IMG/VR virus record: IMGVR_UViG_3300046170_000323
DNA length: 64,000 nt
Source of the DNA: a virus
Taxonomy: Duplodnaviria > Caudoviricetes
Reading direction: 5' to 3' (one strand)
Shown: positions 1 through 10,488 of the stretch, one piece after another
Layout: every line of letters begins with the position of its first letter
Position numbering within the stretch: the stretch's first letter is position 1
The notes under the pieces: model-generated
Told to the model about the DNA's origin: nothing
The model's input: only the letters and a program-made list of their open reading frames with translations
The model's database searches: none
Made by a program: the position numbers and the translations under genes

Positions 1-548
1 GGTTCAACTGTACCTGCCTTATACTGATACTTGTCAACACGGATTGTTTCACCTGCTTCGAATTCTTTTGCAGATACAGCTGTGTTCAAGTAACGAATAA
101 AGAAAGTGTTCAAATTAGGTGGACGAGTAACAAACCCACGTGATGCCGAGATCACCTGTGCGCTAACACCAGATGACTGACCCACAAGGACATACACCAC
201 GTCCACTTCTGTTTCAATCCCCCCTGTAGTCTCAGTCGTAGTGATACGAGTACTGACATATGCCTCTGGATCGAAATATGTTGTTCCGTCTGATTGTGCC
301 TCACGGTTTTCAACCTTCACGAACCTTAAATCATTAAGGTCTGTAAAAGTACAACCTTTAATAATACTACCTTCTTTAAATAGGTTGTCACCAAACTGTT
401 CGACTTGGTTCTGCAACATGGTTTGCAACTGAGTGAGTTCTCTTGCCTGAACTGCATAGCCAGGTTTGAACAACACCCGATAGTACTGGTTCTCCAGTTG
501 ATAATCGTCGAAGTATGGGGCAACATTTAAGTCTGTATTAATGGGCAT
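1..548 (-). CDS. DUF4815/VrlC-like tail-baseplate structural protein (runs off window edge)
   Basis: Manual translation from ATG at 548: MPINTDLNVAPYFDDYQLENQYYRVLFKPGYAVQARELTQLQTMLQNQVEQFG, the conserved N-terminus of T4-like marine phage DUF4815 proteins; open to position 1. Confidence 0.85.
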   Translation of the reverse strand, partial: MPINTDLNVAPYFDDYQLENQYYRVLFKPGYAVQARELTQLQTMLQNQVEQFGDNLFKEGSIIKGCTFTDLNDLRFVKVENREAQSDGTTYFDPEAYVSTRITTTETTGGIETEVDVVYVLVGQSSGVSAQVISASRGFVTRPPNLNTFFIRYLNTAVSAKEFEAGETIRVDKYQYKAGTVE

Positions 549-559
549 CTATCTTTTCC

Positions 560-2192
560 TTAAAATTCCATCACAAATTTGAATTCTTCTCTGGAGTTCT
601 CTGTTCTTGGTAGTGCAAAGAAGTCCTCTAAGAAATACATTTTTCCCGACCTTTGTGAGTAAGATGGAATTACTACGTTGTTCGCTATAGGTGTATTTAT
701 CCTAATTATCTGTCCTGTAGAATTTCTAAAGTTCAGATTTAAATCTAGTGAGTTACTTGAGTTAGCTTTTATTCTGATATGGCCCCATATATTCTGCGAG
801 GAACATTGTATTACTTGAGTAATCAATATCATGTACTTTTGCAGAAAATGTGGTTTCGTTTGCACCGTCAACCTGTGTAACAATTCCATTTATTGCAGCA
901 TATTCAATGTCATCTGTCGTAACCGCCATACGATTGTCAAATATTGACGGTGTATTGTTTGCATCAATAATACTATTGTTAGGATAGACGAATTCTGGAT
1001 TTTTTACGACCCCAACAGATGAGTAGGTGTTATTTGCACCAATTAAAAGATTGTCTTCTCCTGTTATATATGCATATATTCCAAAGTGTCTACAATAGAA
1101 CTCATCAATCAAGTTCGTACCATGCCCGTCTGGGGGTGAAAGAACAGCACGAAGTTCTGCACGTTCATCTGTACGAGTTGGATCATTTGGATTGAAGTCA
1201 TACAAAGGATCGACAACACGTGCGAGAAGATTATTATATCCTGTACCACGATCCAATAGAGTAACGGATGTGATCTGACCATCTGAGTTGAGGACTGGAA
1301 CTGCTTCAGCGTCCTGTCCATCACCTTCGATTTTAATTTTTGGAAGGATCTGCCATCTTGCATTTGCGGAAACACCTGCAAGTACTGGGTTCCTGTCAAC
1401 ACGAAACTCTACTTCACCTGTTGTTGTGTTGTAGTTATAGTATTCGATATCAAATAGGAATGACACACCATTGTTTTGGTTTGTCACGTAAAGTGTTTGT
1501 CCGTAATAGTAGAAGAAGATCTGAGCGATAGTATCATCGTCTGGTCTACCAAAGATTTGTCCGTTACCATATGGAGACTGGGAAAGAGAACCCTCTTTCT
1601 TTGTGTATCCTCTGTTTGCGATAGCATTCTCTACAAAGATATCAGAAACTTCACACCCACCAGTATTTGATACTGGGTCTGTGTCGAAGTCACCTATCAG
1701 TGGAACATAACCCAAAGAGTTATATGCATCAAACTCCAATGCAGTCATAGAGTATATGAACTTCCATAGGTAACCATCTGCAGTCTGGTAGATTTGAGTG
1801 GCGTTGTTCGCATTCCATGCAGGTGGCGCTTGAACTTTTGCCTCTTCATTATTGTAAAGACATTTGAATACTCTGTAGTCACCAGTATCGTTGTTGTTTG
1901 GTGAAACAACTGCATAGAAGTTCTTTTCTTCTAAATCGATTCTGTCATCGTACTGAGTATATACTTCATCTCTTTGCCAAGGATAATACTTGATCATGAA
2001 ATGGACATCGTCGTTGAATATTTTCTTGCCGAACAAAACTTTTTCTAAGAACTCATTCTTTGCATATCTTGAGTTCTCAGAATCGAGACGATCTATACCA
2101 GATGCCATTAGATAATAGTCATTGGTGAGGATGTCCTCTACGAACAACCTTGTGGAATCCGATTTAAAATTTGTGGTTAAGATCTCTGGCAT
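560..2192 (-). CDS. gp8: Baseplate wedge subunit gp8 (rejoined across 1-nt indel near 768)
   Basis: WQRDEVYTQYDD, VFKCLYNN, DGYLWKFIY, PPDGHG motifs; C-terminus RSGKMYFLED...REEFKFVMEF lies in the adjacent frame after an extra A in AATAAAAGC. Confidence 0.85.
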
Positions 2193-2228
2193 TATTTCTC
2201 TCTGCTCATTTCTAATATATTTATGGTG

Positions 2229-4097
2229 TTATCCAACAGCTATTTTTCTGCGAGGATATTGCACTCTAGTAGGCTCTCTACTTACATAATGATAATTTCT
2301 TTTTAATTCGCTTGACACTTGATTACTTGTGTTATATAACATGTAGGATGGTACATGAATACGTCTGGTTGTAGATCCGAAAAGATCTGAAACATCTACT
2401 CCACCATTCGCAGAATCACCAGAGACAATACTATTCACATTTGAAGATGAATAAAGTCTACTAGATGGATAGTTTGCAGCTGGTGGACTGTTGTCCCAAT
2501 CAATCAAACCTTCTGATTCCAAGGCAGGTTGTGAAGTTCTTCTTAAAATATCTAACAACTGATCATGGGATGGGTACTCACCATAAACGTCAAAGAACCA
2601 ACAAACATGCATAGTGGCAACACCTGCAGCGACTGGCCCTGCACAAGATGTACCTGAGAAGTATCCCCATTTACCGTCTTGATATGTGCTGGTGGGATAT
2701 GAAGTCCAAGTATATGCACCATTTGCCCAAAGGTCAATCATTGGGCCTCGTGCAGAATAATCATCTCCTAATGGATTTGCTTCTGAGTGTTGACACGCAC
2801 CGATGGTGTAATAATTGTCTCCACCGTTTTCATAAGAACGTACAGGGTATTTGTTCGTTTGGACAATCTGTGTTTCAGAACTAAAACTATATGTCCCGAA
2901 TGTACTGTTGTAATTGATTTCTGTATACGTAGTTCCTGCTTCAATAGTTATTCTATTATTATATTGCGGATCAGTCGGGCCTGCGCCCACGTATGAAGAA
3001 TTACCTGCACTCTTAAAATGATATATGCCTGGCGTACTTGCATAGTTACCAAGAGCGATATCAAAAGAAGTTGCACGAAATCCGTTTGGAACGCTGATCA
3101 TCCACTTTCTTGTGTTATCATCTGGATCTTCGATTACACGAGGAGCCATATTCGCATCGACAAATGGAGATAAGTCTGACAACCATCCACCAACTGGACG
3201 TGGAGTGGTAGTCTCGTTGCCGTTACTATCGTAAGAACGTATTTCAGTTATTGAGTCAACTGGATATGCATCCGTAAAGTCTACACCAGAATATCCCCAT
3301 GCACCAGTAGTGATTGTTGCATTACGTACACCAGTGACTGGGTTGACTGGTTTTGAAATATGCCAACTTCTTACGGCATCATACGCAGTAGTGACACCAT
3401 CAGAAAGATAGATGACTCTTAAAGAAGAAACTTTTGCAAATCCACAAACAAGTCCACCAGCTGCAGACAGAACACCAATTGCATGTGATGAAAAGTATTC
3501 TGTGTCGTTTGTTACTTGCCTATTACGATCAGATGATACACTACCATTGTGGTTATCCCAATCCATCTTTACGAATCTTGAATTACCTTGATCGTCTAAG
3601 AAGTCTGGATGTTGATCGTGCGAATCATTAGAAGAAACAGGCGTACCTGCTTCGATTGCAACGATATCTACAAACTCACCTGCATAATTTTGCGTTACAG
3701 GTTGATTAGCAATGGTGTTGTCTTCAAAACTTGGTGAACCATCAAACCAACCGACAGGGCCACTGTTTGCATTTAAAACCTGATTACTACTGAAGTGAAA
3801 CATAGTTGAATGATAGTCAGCACCATTACCACCAGTACTTGGTTGGTATTTTGTACGCATCTCTTTTGTAACAGTACGTGGAGTATATGCCATGTCTTCC
3901 ACTGGCAGTTCTAGTTCTACTGCCGTTATGTGAGCACATGCTTCAAGTTTCTCCGCTTCTTCTGAAGTCAACAATAGTGTTACAACACCATCTAGATTAT
4001 CAAGTGTATCATATACTTCCATATCACAACAATCATCCGACAGGACTTGATCCTGTAATGACGAGTCTGATAATACGATGTTATATCTTTGTTTCAT
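2229..4097 (-). CDS. Subtilisin-like S8 serine protease with N-terminal propeptide
   Basis: DIVAIEAG / SHAIGVLSAAGG / SAGNS / FSGTSCAGP match subtilase acid, His, oxyanion and Ser motifs. Confidence 0.8.
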   Translation of the reverse strand: MKQRYNIVLSDSSLQDQVLSDDCCDMEVYDTLDNLDGVVTLLLTSEEAEKLEACAHITAVELELPVEDMAYTPRTVTKEMRTKYQPSTGGNGADYHSTMFHFSSNQVLNANSGPVGWFDGSPSFEDNTIANQPVTQNYAGEFVDIVAIEAGTPVSSNDSHDQHPDFLDDQGNSRFVKMDWDNHNGSVSSDRNRQVTNDTEYFSSHAIGVLSAAGGLVCGFAKVSSLRVIYLSDGVTTAYDAVRSWHISKPVNPVTGVRNATITTGAWGYSGVDFTDAYPVDSITEIRSYDSNGNETTTPRPVGGWLSDLSPFVDANMAPRVIEDPDDNTRKWMISVPNGFRATSFDIALGNYASTPGIYHFKSAGNSSYVGAGPTDPQYNNRITIEAGTTYTEINYNSTFGTYSFSSETQIVQTNKYPVRSYENGGDNYYTIGACQHSEANPLGDDYSARGPMIDLWANGAYTWTSYPTSTYQDGKWGYFSGTSCAGPVAAGVATMHVCWFFDVYGEYPSHDQLLDILRRTSQPALESEGLIDWDNSPPAANYPSSRLYSSSNVNSIVSGDSANGGVDVSDLFGSTTRRIHVPSYMLYNTSNQVSSELKRNYHYVSREPTRVQYPRRKIAVG

Positions 4098-5131
4098 TAG
4101 AAGTTCTCTAATTTAAGTCCAGTAAGTGTTACCACGACAGTTGACGTTGAACCTGATATATTAGTTACTCTTACAGGCATTGTAGTTTCACCGCTATCAA
4201 TGAAACCAAACACTGCAGGGGATAACACGATAGTGTTTGCACTGTTTGAAACGTATTCTAAAATTACACCTGTACCTTCTGCAGGGTCTATACCCTGTGC
4301 ACGACTTGCGTCTGCAGTACGAGATGCAACATCTTTATAAACTCTTACTCTTGCAGCTCTGTCTACTGTCACACTATAAAGTGCGAAAGATGCACCAAGG
4401 TCTGCAAATGAAATATCAGTATCGAAACCATCTGGCAAGGATGAAGTTGTGACAGCTTGACTAACACGTGTTGGTGTAAAGCCAGGACTTGAGTTACCAC
4501 TACCACCACCTGTAGATGCAAACGTGATTCTGTCATTAGTCGCATCTGTAGTAATTGTCATGTTACTACCTGCAACCAAAGTCAATGTATCAGTGATCGA
4601 ATCTGCAACAACAGAGGTCTGACCAGATACAGCGAAAGAACTAAATGTGTTTGATGAACCACCACCACCTACAGATTGCTCTACCCAAGTGTACGTTCCA
4701 TCTGCATTTGTTGCGAGAACATAATCCGCTACTTCTGTATTTGTATGATTATTTGCATAGACCATATCAGTCAAAGGATCTACATATGCAGAGATTGATG
4801 TGTTTGCGTCTGAAAGGAGTCTATTCCAATTGACGTGAGCGTAATACATTGCCCCTGTTTCGTGCACATGAGCAATGCACCCATGATACGTACTTGCGCT
4901 CAGATTATTGAGTTCAGCGAGAGTGTCAATCTTGAATGAGATGGGGTTCCAAGTGTTCAATACTTGAATGGCGTTGTTAGAAACCATATTAAGTAGAGTC
5001 TGTGAACCGACACCACCGACTGCACGATAAACTTCACTGAAGTTATCATTAAGTTTGTCCATGGCGACACGTATCGGATCACCAGTACCATCGTTTGGCG
5101 CTTGACCTATGTCAACAACTTGCTTTGCCAT
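4097..5131 (-). CDS. Tail fibre/baseplate connector protein with gp9/gp10-like N-terminus
   Basis: N-terminal DIGQAPNDGTGDPIRVAMDKLNDNFSEVY motif; Ser/Thr/Gly-rich beta repeats. Confidence 0.7.
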   Translation of the reverse strand: MAKQVVDIGQAPNDGTGDPIRVAMDKLNDNFSEVYRAVGGVGSQTLLNMVSNNAIQVLNTWNPISFKIDTLAELNNLSASTYHGCIAHVHETGAMYYAHVNWNRLLSDANTSISAYVDPLTDMVYANNHTNTEVADYVLATNADGTYTWVEQSVGGGGSSNTFSSFAVSGQTSVVADSITDTLTLVAGSNMTITTDATNDRITFASTGGGSGNSSPGFTPTRVSQAVTTSSLPDGFDTDISFADLGASFALYSVTVDRAARVRVYKDVASRTADASRAQGIDPAEGTGVILEYVSNSANTIVLSPAVFGFIDSGETTMPVRVTNISGSTSTVVVTLTGLKLENF

Positions 5132-5161
5132 TTTAAACCTTCCTAAGTGTTTTTAAATTAT

Positions 5162-8117
5162 TTATGTTACTGTAATTGTGTTATTCATTGATCCATGTAC
5201 ACCACACTGATAATAGTAGACTCCAGTTCCACCTACAATCCACTGAAGTGTTGCGCCACCTTGACCTACAACACCAGAAATTTGATTTCCAGTTCCACTT
5301 CCTTGGACAGTTTTTAGATAGAATGGGTGACTTGTTTGTGTACTTGAATCGATATTAAATTGAACTTTATCACCGACACTAAATGTTAGTGCAGGTTGTG
5401 CTGCAGATGTTAGAGTACCACCACCATGCGTTCCGTTAAACACATAATCAAAGATTGGTGTAGTTACGTTGATAGTGTAATCGGGTGTAAATGTACCTTG
5501 ACTTGTATCATTAATTGTGATAGGGCCAACACTTGTCACTACTGGGCCTACTCCAGATCCAGTATGTAATGTGACGGTAAATGTTTCTGCACCTTCTGTC
5601 ACCCCATCTGCGAGAGGAGTCAACTGGAATGCACCTGAGTTGTTTGTCATGTTGACATTACCACTCTGGAACTGGAAGTCTCCAGTATTTGGAATAGACC
5701 AATATAGAGGCCCCATTCGGGAAGTTTGTTGTGGTGACGACAAACGTAAGTGAACTACCTTCATCCACACTCGTTGCACCACCCTGTACTTCTAGTTGGT
5801 AAGAGATTGTACCACCACCAGCAAATGACGAATCATTGTCTGAAGTGACTAGTTCTGTATCAACATAGATGTTAGTGAAGTCAGATGTGAGGTTTGTAGT
5901 GTTACCAATATCCAAGGGTGATGTTGACTCACCGTCATCATTAAAGATACGGATAAATCTCTGTTTAACACCAGTATCCGTTGGCCCAACTTCGAACTTA
6001 CGGTTGTATGCAAACTTACCAAACATCTTAGTACCTGCAGTGTGCATGGTATCTCTAAGGAAGTCTTCGTAAACTGGTTTTCCAAGCATACTACGAACTT
6101 CGTATGAATACTCTTGGAAGTAATCACTGTCTTGAACCTTCATAGAAGAGTCGAAGTAGTTATAGTTGTTAGCGGTATCAACACGATATCCATTCAAGTG
6201 TGAGTTGAAGTCCGCCCAATAACCTTCAGTTACACCCTGCGAGTCTGCAGTGATTGTACCCTTTGCATATAGGATGTTATTGTTTGCGAGGTATCCTGTT
6301 TCTCCAGTAGAATAACCTAGACCAGAGTTAAAGATCCTTGCAGTCTTAATCTTACCTGTTGCAAATTCAACCTCTGTATCAACGACTGCGTTCTCACCAA
6401 ATGACTGAGAGTTGTAATCTGTTTCAACGCCCAAGATTGTGAAAACGTCTGTGTTTTCTCTGGTAATATTGTTTGTACCTGAAAATCCATAATATGCATA
6501 TGGTGTAACAGTAATAGATCCAACCTGAGTATTAGATCCACGAACCTTACCGACGACTCCAGTATTCGCTTCGATAACTTTTTCACCAATGTTGAATGAA
6601 CCTGCAGCCGCAGGGTTCGACAATTGAATGATTTGATCTTTACGATCAAACTGTAACATTTGACTATCAAGTGGAAATGCAAACACATCGTTCGTGTAGT
6701 TAACGCCTGGATCGATATTCTTAAAGATATCAATTGCACCAATATTGAATGGTGTTAAGTCAAACGCTTGATTCAATGGTGTTGCAATCGTCACTGGGTT
6801 TGCAGTACCAGACATTGGTTGACCTGCAGGTGGAACATCATTATAGTTTGATGAATCGAGTGTGACAGCGAGGAATGGTGCAATAGGATCTGTGATTAAC
6901 GAGATGTTTTCAATATTGTTAATTACCGCCACAACCTGTGTGGTTGCATCTGGTGGTGTACCATCTGGGTATAGAGGGCCTGGCGAACTTGAGTTCTTGT
7001 TCGTAATATCAGTCCAGAAAATATCTGAGTTTGCAAAGTTTCTACGACGAAGTTGAGGAGATTGAGTTTCATCAAAATCCTGACCTGCATTCATCTTTAC
7101 ACCAATGGCGATTTCATTGAAACCTGTGAGTACACCTTCGTTACCGAATCTATCACCGATTGTTTCGCCGAGATCCCATTCAGTGTCACGTGACCCTGCG
7201 TCAAGAATGACCACTTGATCACTGACAAGAAGTCTTGCGTTTTCTACTGTGTAACCAAAACCACCATCGATATATTCGTATGCAATTGTACCAGTAATTT
7301 CATCAGATACTTCTGTGACGATTGCACGTCCACCGACACCAAATGTGCCTTGCACATCGAATATGTCACCGACTTGGTTTCCTGTGGTTGCAAGAGACCA
7401 CTTGTCATCGATATCAAGATCTACAAGTGAACCGTTGATCTTACCAAAAGAAACAGTCTCACCAGAAATCTGTGTGAGAACATCATCGTACTTAATGTAG
7501 TTGCCTTGTAAGTTATCGATGTATATAATAGGTGTGATAATACCGTTGAGAAGAATAAAGTTAATCTTGTTGACGGATGACTTCGCACCAGAAGTGGAAC
7601 CAGTAATGTTTCTACCTAACAGATCAAGATATGTGTACTTAACACCTGTCTTTGAGAAAAACTCATTGGTTGTTGGGAACATCTGCAAGAAGTTACCAGT
7701 TCGCCATTTAGATGACGAAGGTTTAAACATTTTTTGAGCGGGATAATATACTTCAATATCTTCTTTGTAGAAGAGTCTGAAGAAGAGTTCAATACCTTGT
7801 TCTGTACCTTTTGCACGATACAAGTCCATGATGTTTTTTATTACAAAAACAATTTGTTCTTCCTTGTATGGAAGATCTGCCATGAACATTCTTTGAAAGT
7901 GAATTATCATACTAGAGATCGTAGTAGATACATCACGATATTCGAAGATACGTCTTATATTGTAAACAGACTGATTTGTGTCTGTTTCCATGAACTCATA
8001 ATAGTCTCGCACAAGCTGAATCAACTCAGGCCCGAACTCTTTATAGAGAGCGGGGAACTGAGCATCTACGAAGAAAGAAACTTTCTTAAGAATTTCTGCT
8101 TGATTGTAATCGGCCAT
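5162..8117 (-). CDS. gp7: Baseplate wedge initiator gp7-like with C-terminal Calx-beta and cupredoxin-like domains (rejoined across indel near 5712)
   Basis: FIVKNIMDLYRAKGT-type motif (FVIKNIMDLYRAKGTEQGIELFFRLFY), VQDSDYFQEYSYEV, HTAGTKMFG; extra G at AATGGGGCC joins to the 5162..5782 ORF. Confidence 0.8.
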
Positions 8118-10072
8118 TAGTAACCCGAACCTCCGCCATAATCGGTATACCCACCACCAGCGCCACCTGATCGACCTGTACCTGCACCTGTCCCTGTAAT
8201 AAGGACATCAACTCCTGCTGGAACTGTTGGTGTGATGGAGTTCGTTGTTGTAGTGGTCAAGTTTGCTTTTACCCCATCGACATAAACGTTCACACGAACA
8301 TCTTCATCTTTAAGTATGAAGACTCTTCCGTTTGGTGCACGAATATCATCTGGTCTTGTATTTGCAAATATTTTAATAGAGGCGCCTGGGTAACTCTCTG
8401 TTTCAAAGTTAATTAGTTTTACCTCACCAGTTTCGTAGTTCACTGTACCAGCGGAAGGATTTACAACTTGTGGGTTTGCAATATCATCAGTGACAATCTG
8501 AATTTTGCCTTTACCATCGTCTTGGAAGAATACACAGATACCGTTTTGATCAAAGATAGAACTTACGATTGCAGGTTTGTAGTTAGCAAACCCTTCTGTT
8601 GTTGAATATGCGTATGGTTTAATAAGTTCAGTTCCAAATACGAAACGTGGATTAGTAACGATATTAATAGTAGGAGAGAACTCAATAATAGGTTTAGCAA
8701 TAATCGCATTCGATTGAATTGAAGTATCGATAGAATCTATTTCAGATGACAACTTAGATAGTCTTAGTACTGCATTAAACTTATTCAAGTTAGTTGAGGA
8801 ATGAAGTTTGATTTTATCACGAACCAATGATTCAATTTGATCTGCAGACTTTTCTGTTTCAGTAGTCGTATAGTAAACATTAATGCCAATGTCTGCATAG
8901 ATGAAATCAGTTTTCACAAAGAATGGTTCAATCGTCAATGGTGTTCTTTCTTTTAGGAAAGAAATATATGAGTTTGCAAGTGTTTGAGAAATCAACTGTG
9001 CATTGTCGTTTAAGTATACAGAGATTGCAACCTTACCAAACTGTGGCGGATCTAACTGATCACCACCATATGCAGAAACTGCAGAGATCTCTGGGAACTG
9101 TTGTTTAAGAAGAATCTCATAATCTTTGGTTGTAATCGCACGATCCTGAATCTGCAATGCTCTTGGCGCATTGAAACGAATGGACTCAATGCCTTCTCTT
9201 TCCGCACCACCCGCTGCAGGTTGAATAGTTGTTACAGTGATTTGAGTATCTGGTATAAACGATGTCGTGAATGCGTTCGCACCATTTGGTTCTTCTGCAG
9301 AACAAATTCTATAACGGACTTTAACATCTTCGAATGCAGTTGGTTGCAAACCAAAAATGTTGTTTCCAAAATAAATATTATATCGATTATCGAAGTATGG
9401 TTCTAGATAAAACACTTTATCCAGTGCACCCACTCCAAAGATATTTGTTCTATATGTAAATACGTTTTGATCTTCTGTCGCCTCTGCATCTACGAAACAA
9501 ACGATGGAGTCTGTGTCGACTTCTGCGTTTGATAGTGCGACACGTAGGACACCTTTGTCGTCAATCAAGAAACCTTCACGTTCAAATGATTGCAACATCT
9601 CACCTTCAAAGATTTCTATATTATCAGTTTCGAATACCCCAACATCAACTTTCTTAGCGATATATGTTTGATCTGTTACGAAGTTAAAAGACTGTCCCAA
9701 ATAAGAGGAAGTGAATTCGGTGTATGTTGGAATAACAACAGTTTGATCTTCGATAGTTTGTTGAGGATCGTCTATGCGTAGTCTGACAACAGCCTTTGCA
9801 GATTTACGAGAACGAGGAAGATAATTAAGTTCTTTTGAATGAGAGATGACAGAGTTACGCAACATTGCAGTGTCAAGGAACATCTCGTTGACTGCCATGT
9901 TGGTGTAGAAGTTATTATGATACGTGTTGTATGCAAGGACATCCAACATGACACTCATGTTCGAACCTTCAAAGTTGTAGTCTTTGAATTGGGTTTGAGA
10001 TCTTAGGTATGATTTTAACTGAGTTTTGACTGCCTCAAAATCCAGTTCTACGATTGGGGTTGGCGTTGCCAT
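8117..10072 (-). CDS. gp6: Baseplate wedge subunit gp6
   Basis: ELDFEAVKTQLKSYL, DYNFEGSNMSVMLDVLAYNT, NEMFLDTA, QDRAITTKDY. Confidence 0.95.
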   Translation of the reverse strand: MATPTPIVELDFEAVKTQLKSYLRSQTQFKDYNFEGSNMSVMLDVLAYNTYHNNFYTNMAVNEMFLDTAMLRNSVISHSKELNYLPRSRKSAKAVVRLRIDDPQQTIEDQTVVIPTYTEFTSSYLGQSFNFVTDQTYIAKKVDVGVFETDNIEIFEGEMLQSFEREGFLIDDKGVLRVALSNAEVDTDSIVCFVDAEATEDQNVFTYRTNIFGVGALDKVFYLEPYFDNRYNIYFGNNIFGLQPTAFEDVKVRYRICSAEEPNGANAFTTSFIPDTQITVTTIQPAAGGAEREGIESIRFNAPRALQIQDRAITTKDYEILLKQQFPEISAVSAYGGDQLDPPQFGKVAISVYLNDNAQLISQTLANSYISFLKERTPLTIEPFFVKTDFIYADIGINVYYTTTETEKSADQIESLVRDKIKLHSSTNLNKFNAVLRLSKLSSEIDSIDTSIQSNAIIAKPIIEFSPTINIVTNPRFVFGTELIKPYAYSTTEGFANYKPAIVSSIFDQNGICVFFQDDGKGKIQIVTDDIANPQVVNPSAGTVNYETGEVKLINFETESYPGASIKIFANTRPDDIRAPNGRVFILKDEDVRVNVYVDGVKANLTTTTTNSITPTVPAGVDVLITGTGAGTGRSGGAGGGYTDYGGGSGY

Positions 10073-10488
10073 TATCTTGTCCTCTCTAGTATCACATCTA
10101 ACGTGACTGGCTGTTCTCTATTACTGATGTAAAATCTCACAGTAACATAAACTTCGTTTTCGTCTAAAGAACCTGCAGCGACTACATCAATGATTTCTGC
10201 ACGAGGTTCGTAGAGTTCTAGTGTTGTTTTAACACGGTCTTTAATTAATTCTAGTGTAGCAGGCGTTAGGTTTTCAAAGAGTAGTTCTCTGAGTCCCGCC
10301 CCAAGGTTTGGTTGCATTAAACGTTCACCACGAGCGGTCATGATAAGATTGTACATTGCTTCCTTGACAGAATCTTCGTCCCTTGATATTGCAAGGTCAT
10401 CTGTCAAAAGATTCAATTCCAGATCTTTTCTAAAATCAGAATAAAGACTGATCTTTTTTTGTGTTGGTGTAAAGACGTTTAACGACAT
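10072..10488 (-). CDS. gp25: Baseplate wedge subunit gp25
   Basis: YSDF...DEDSVKEAMYNLIMTARGERLMQPNLG...LLFE...YEPR. Confidence 0.95.
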   Translation of the reverse strand: MSLNVFTPTQKKISLYSDFRKDLELNLLTDDLAISRDEDSVKEAMYNLIMTARGERLMQPNLGAGLRELLFENLTPATLELIKDRVKTTLELYEPRAEIIDVVAAGSLDENEVYVTVRFYISNREQPVTLDVILERTR

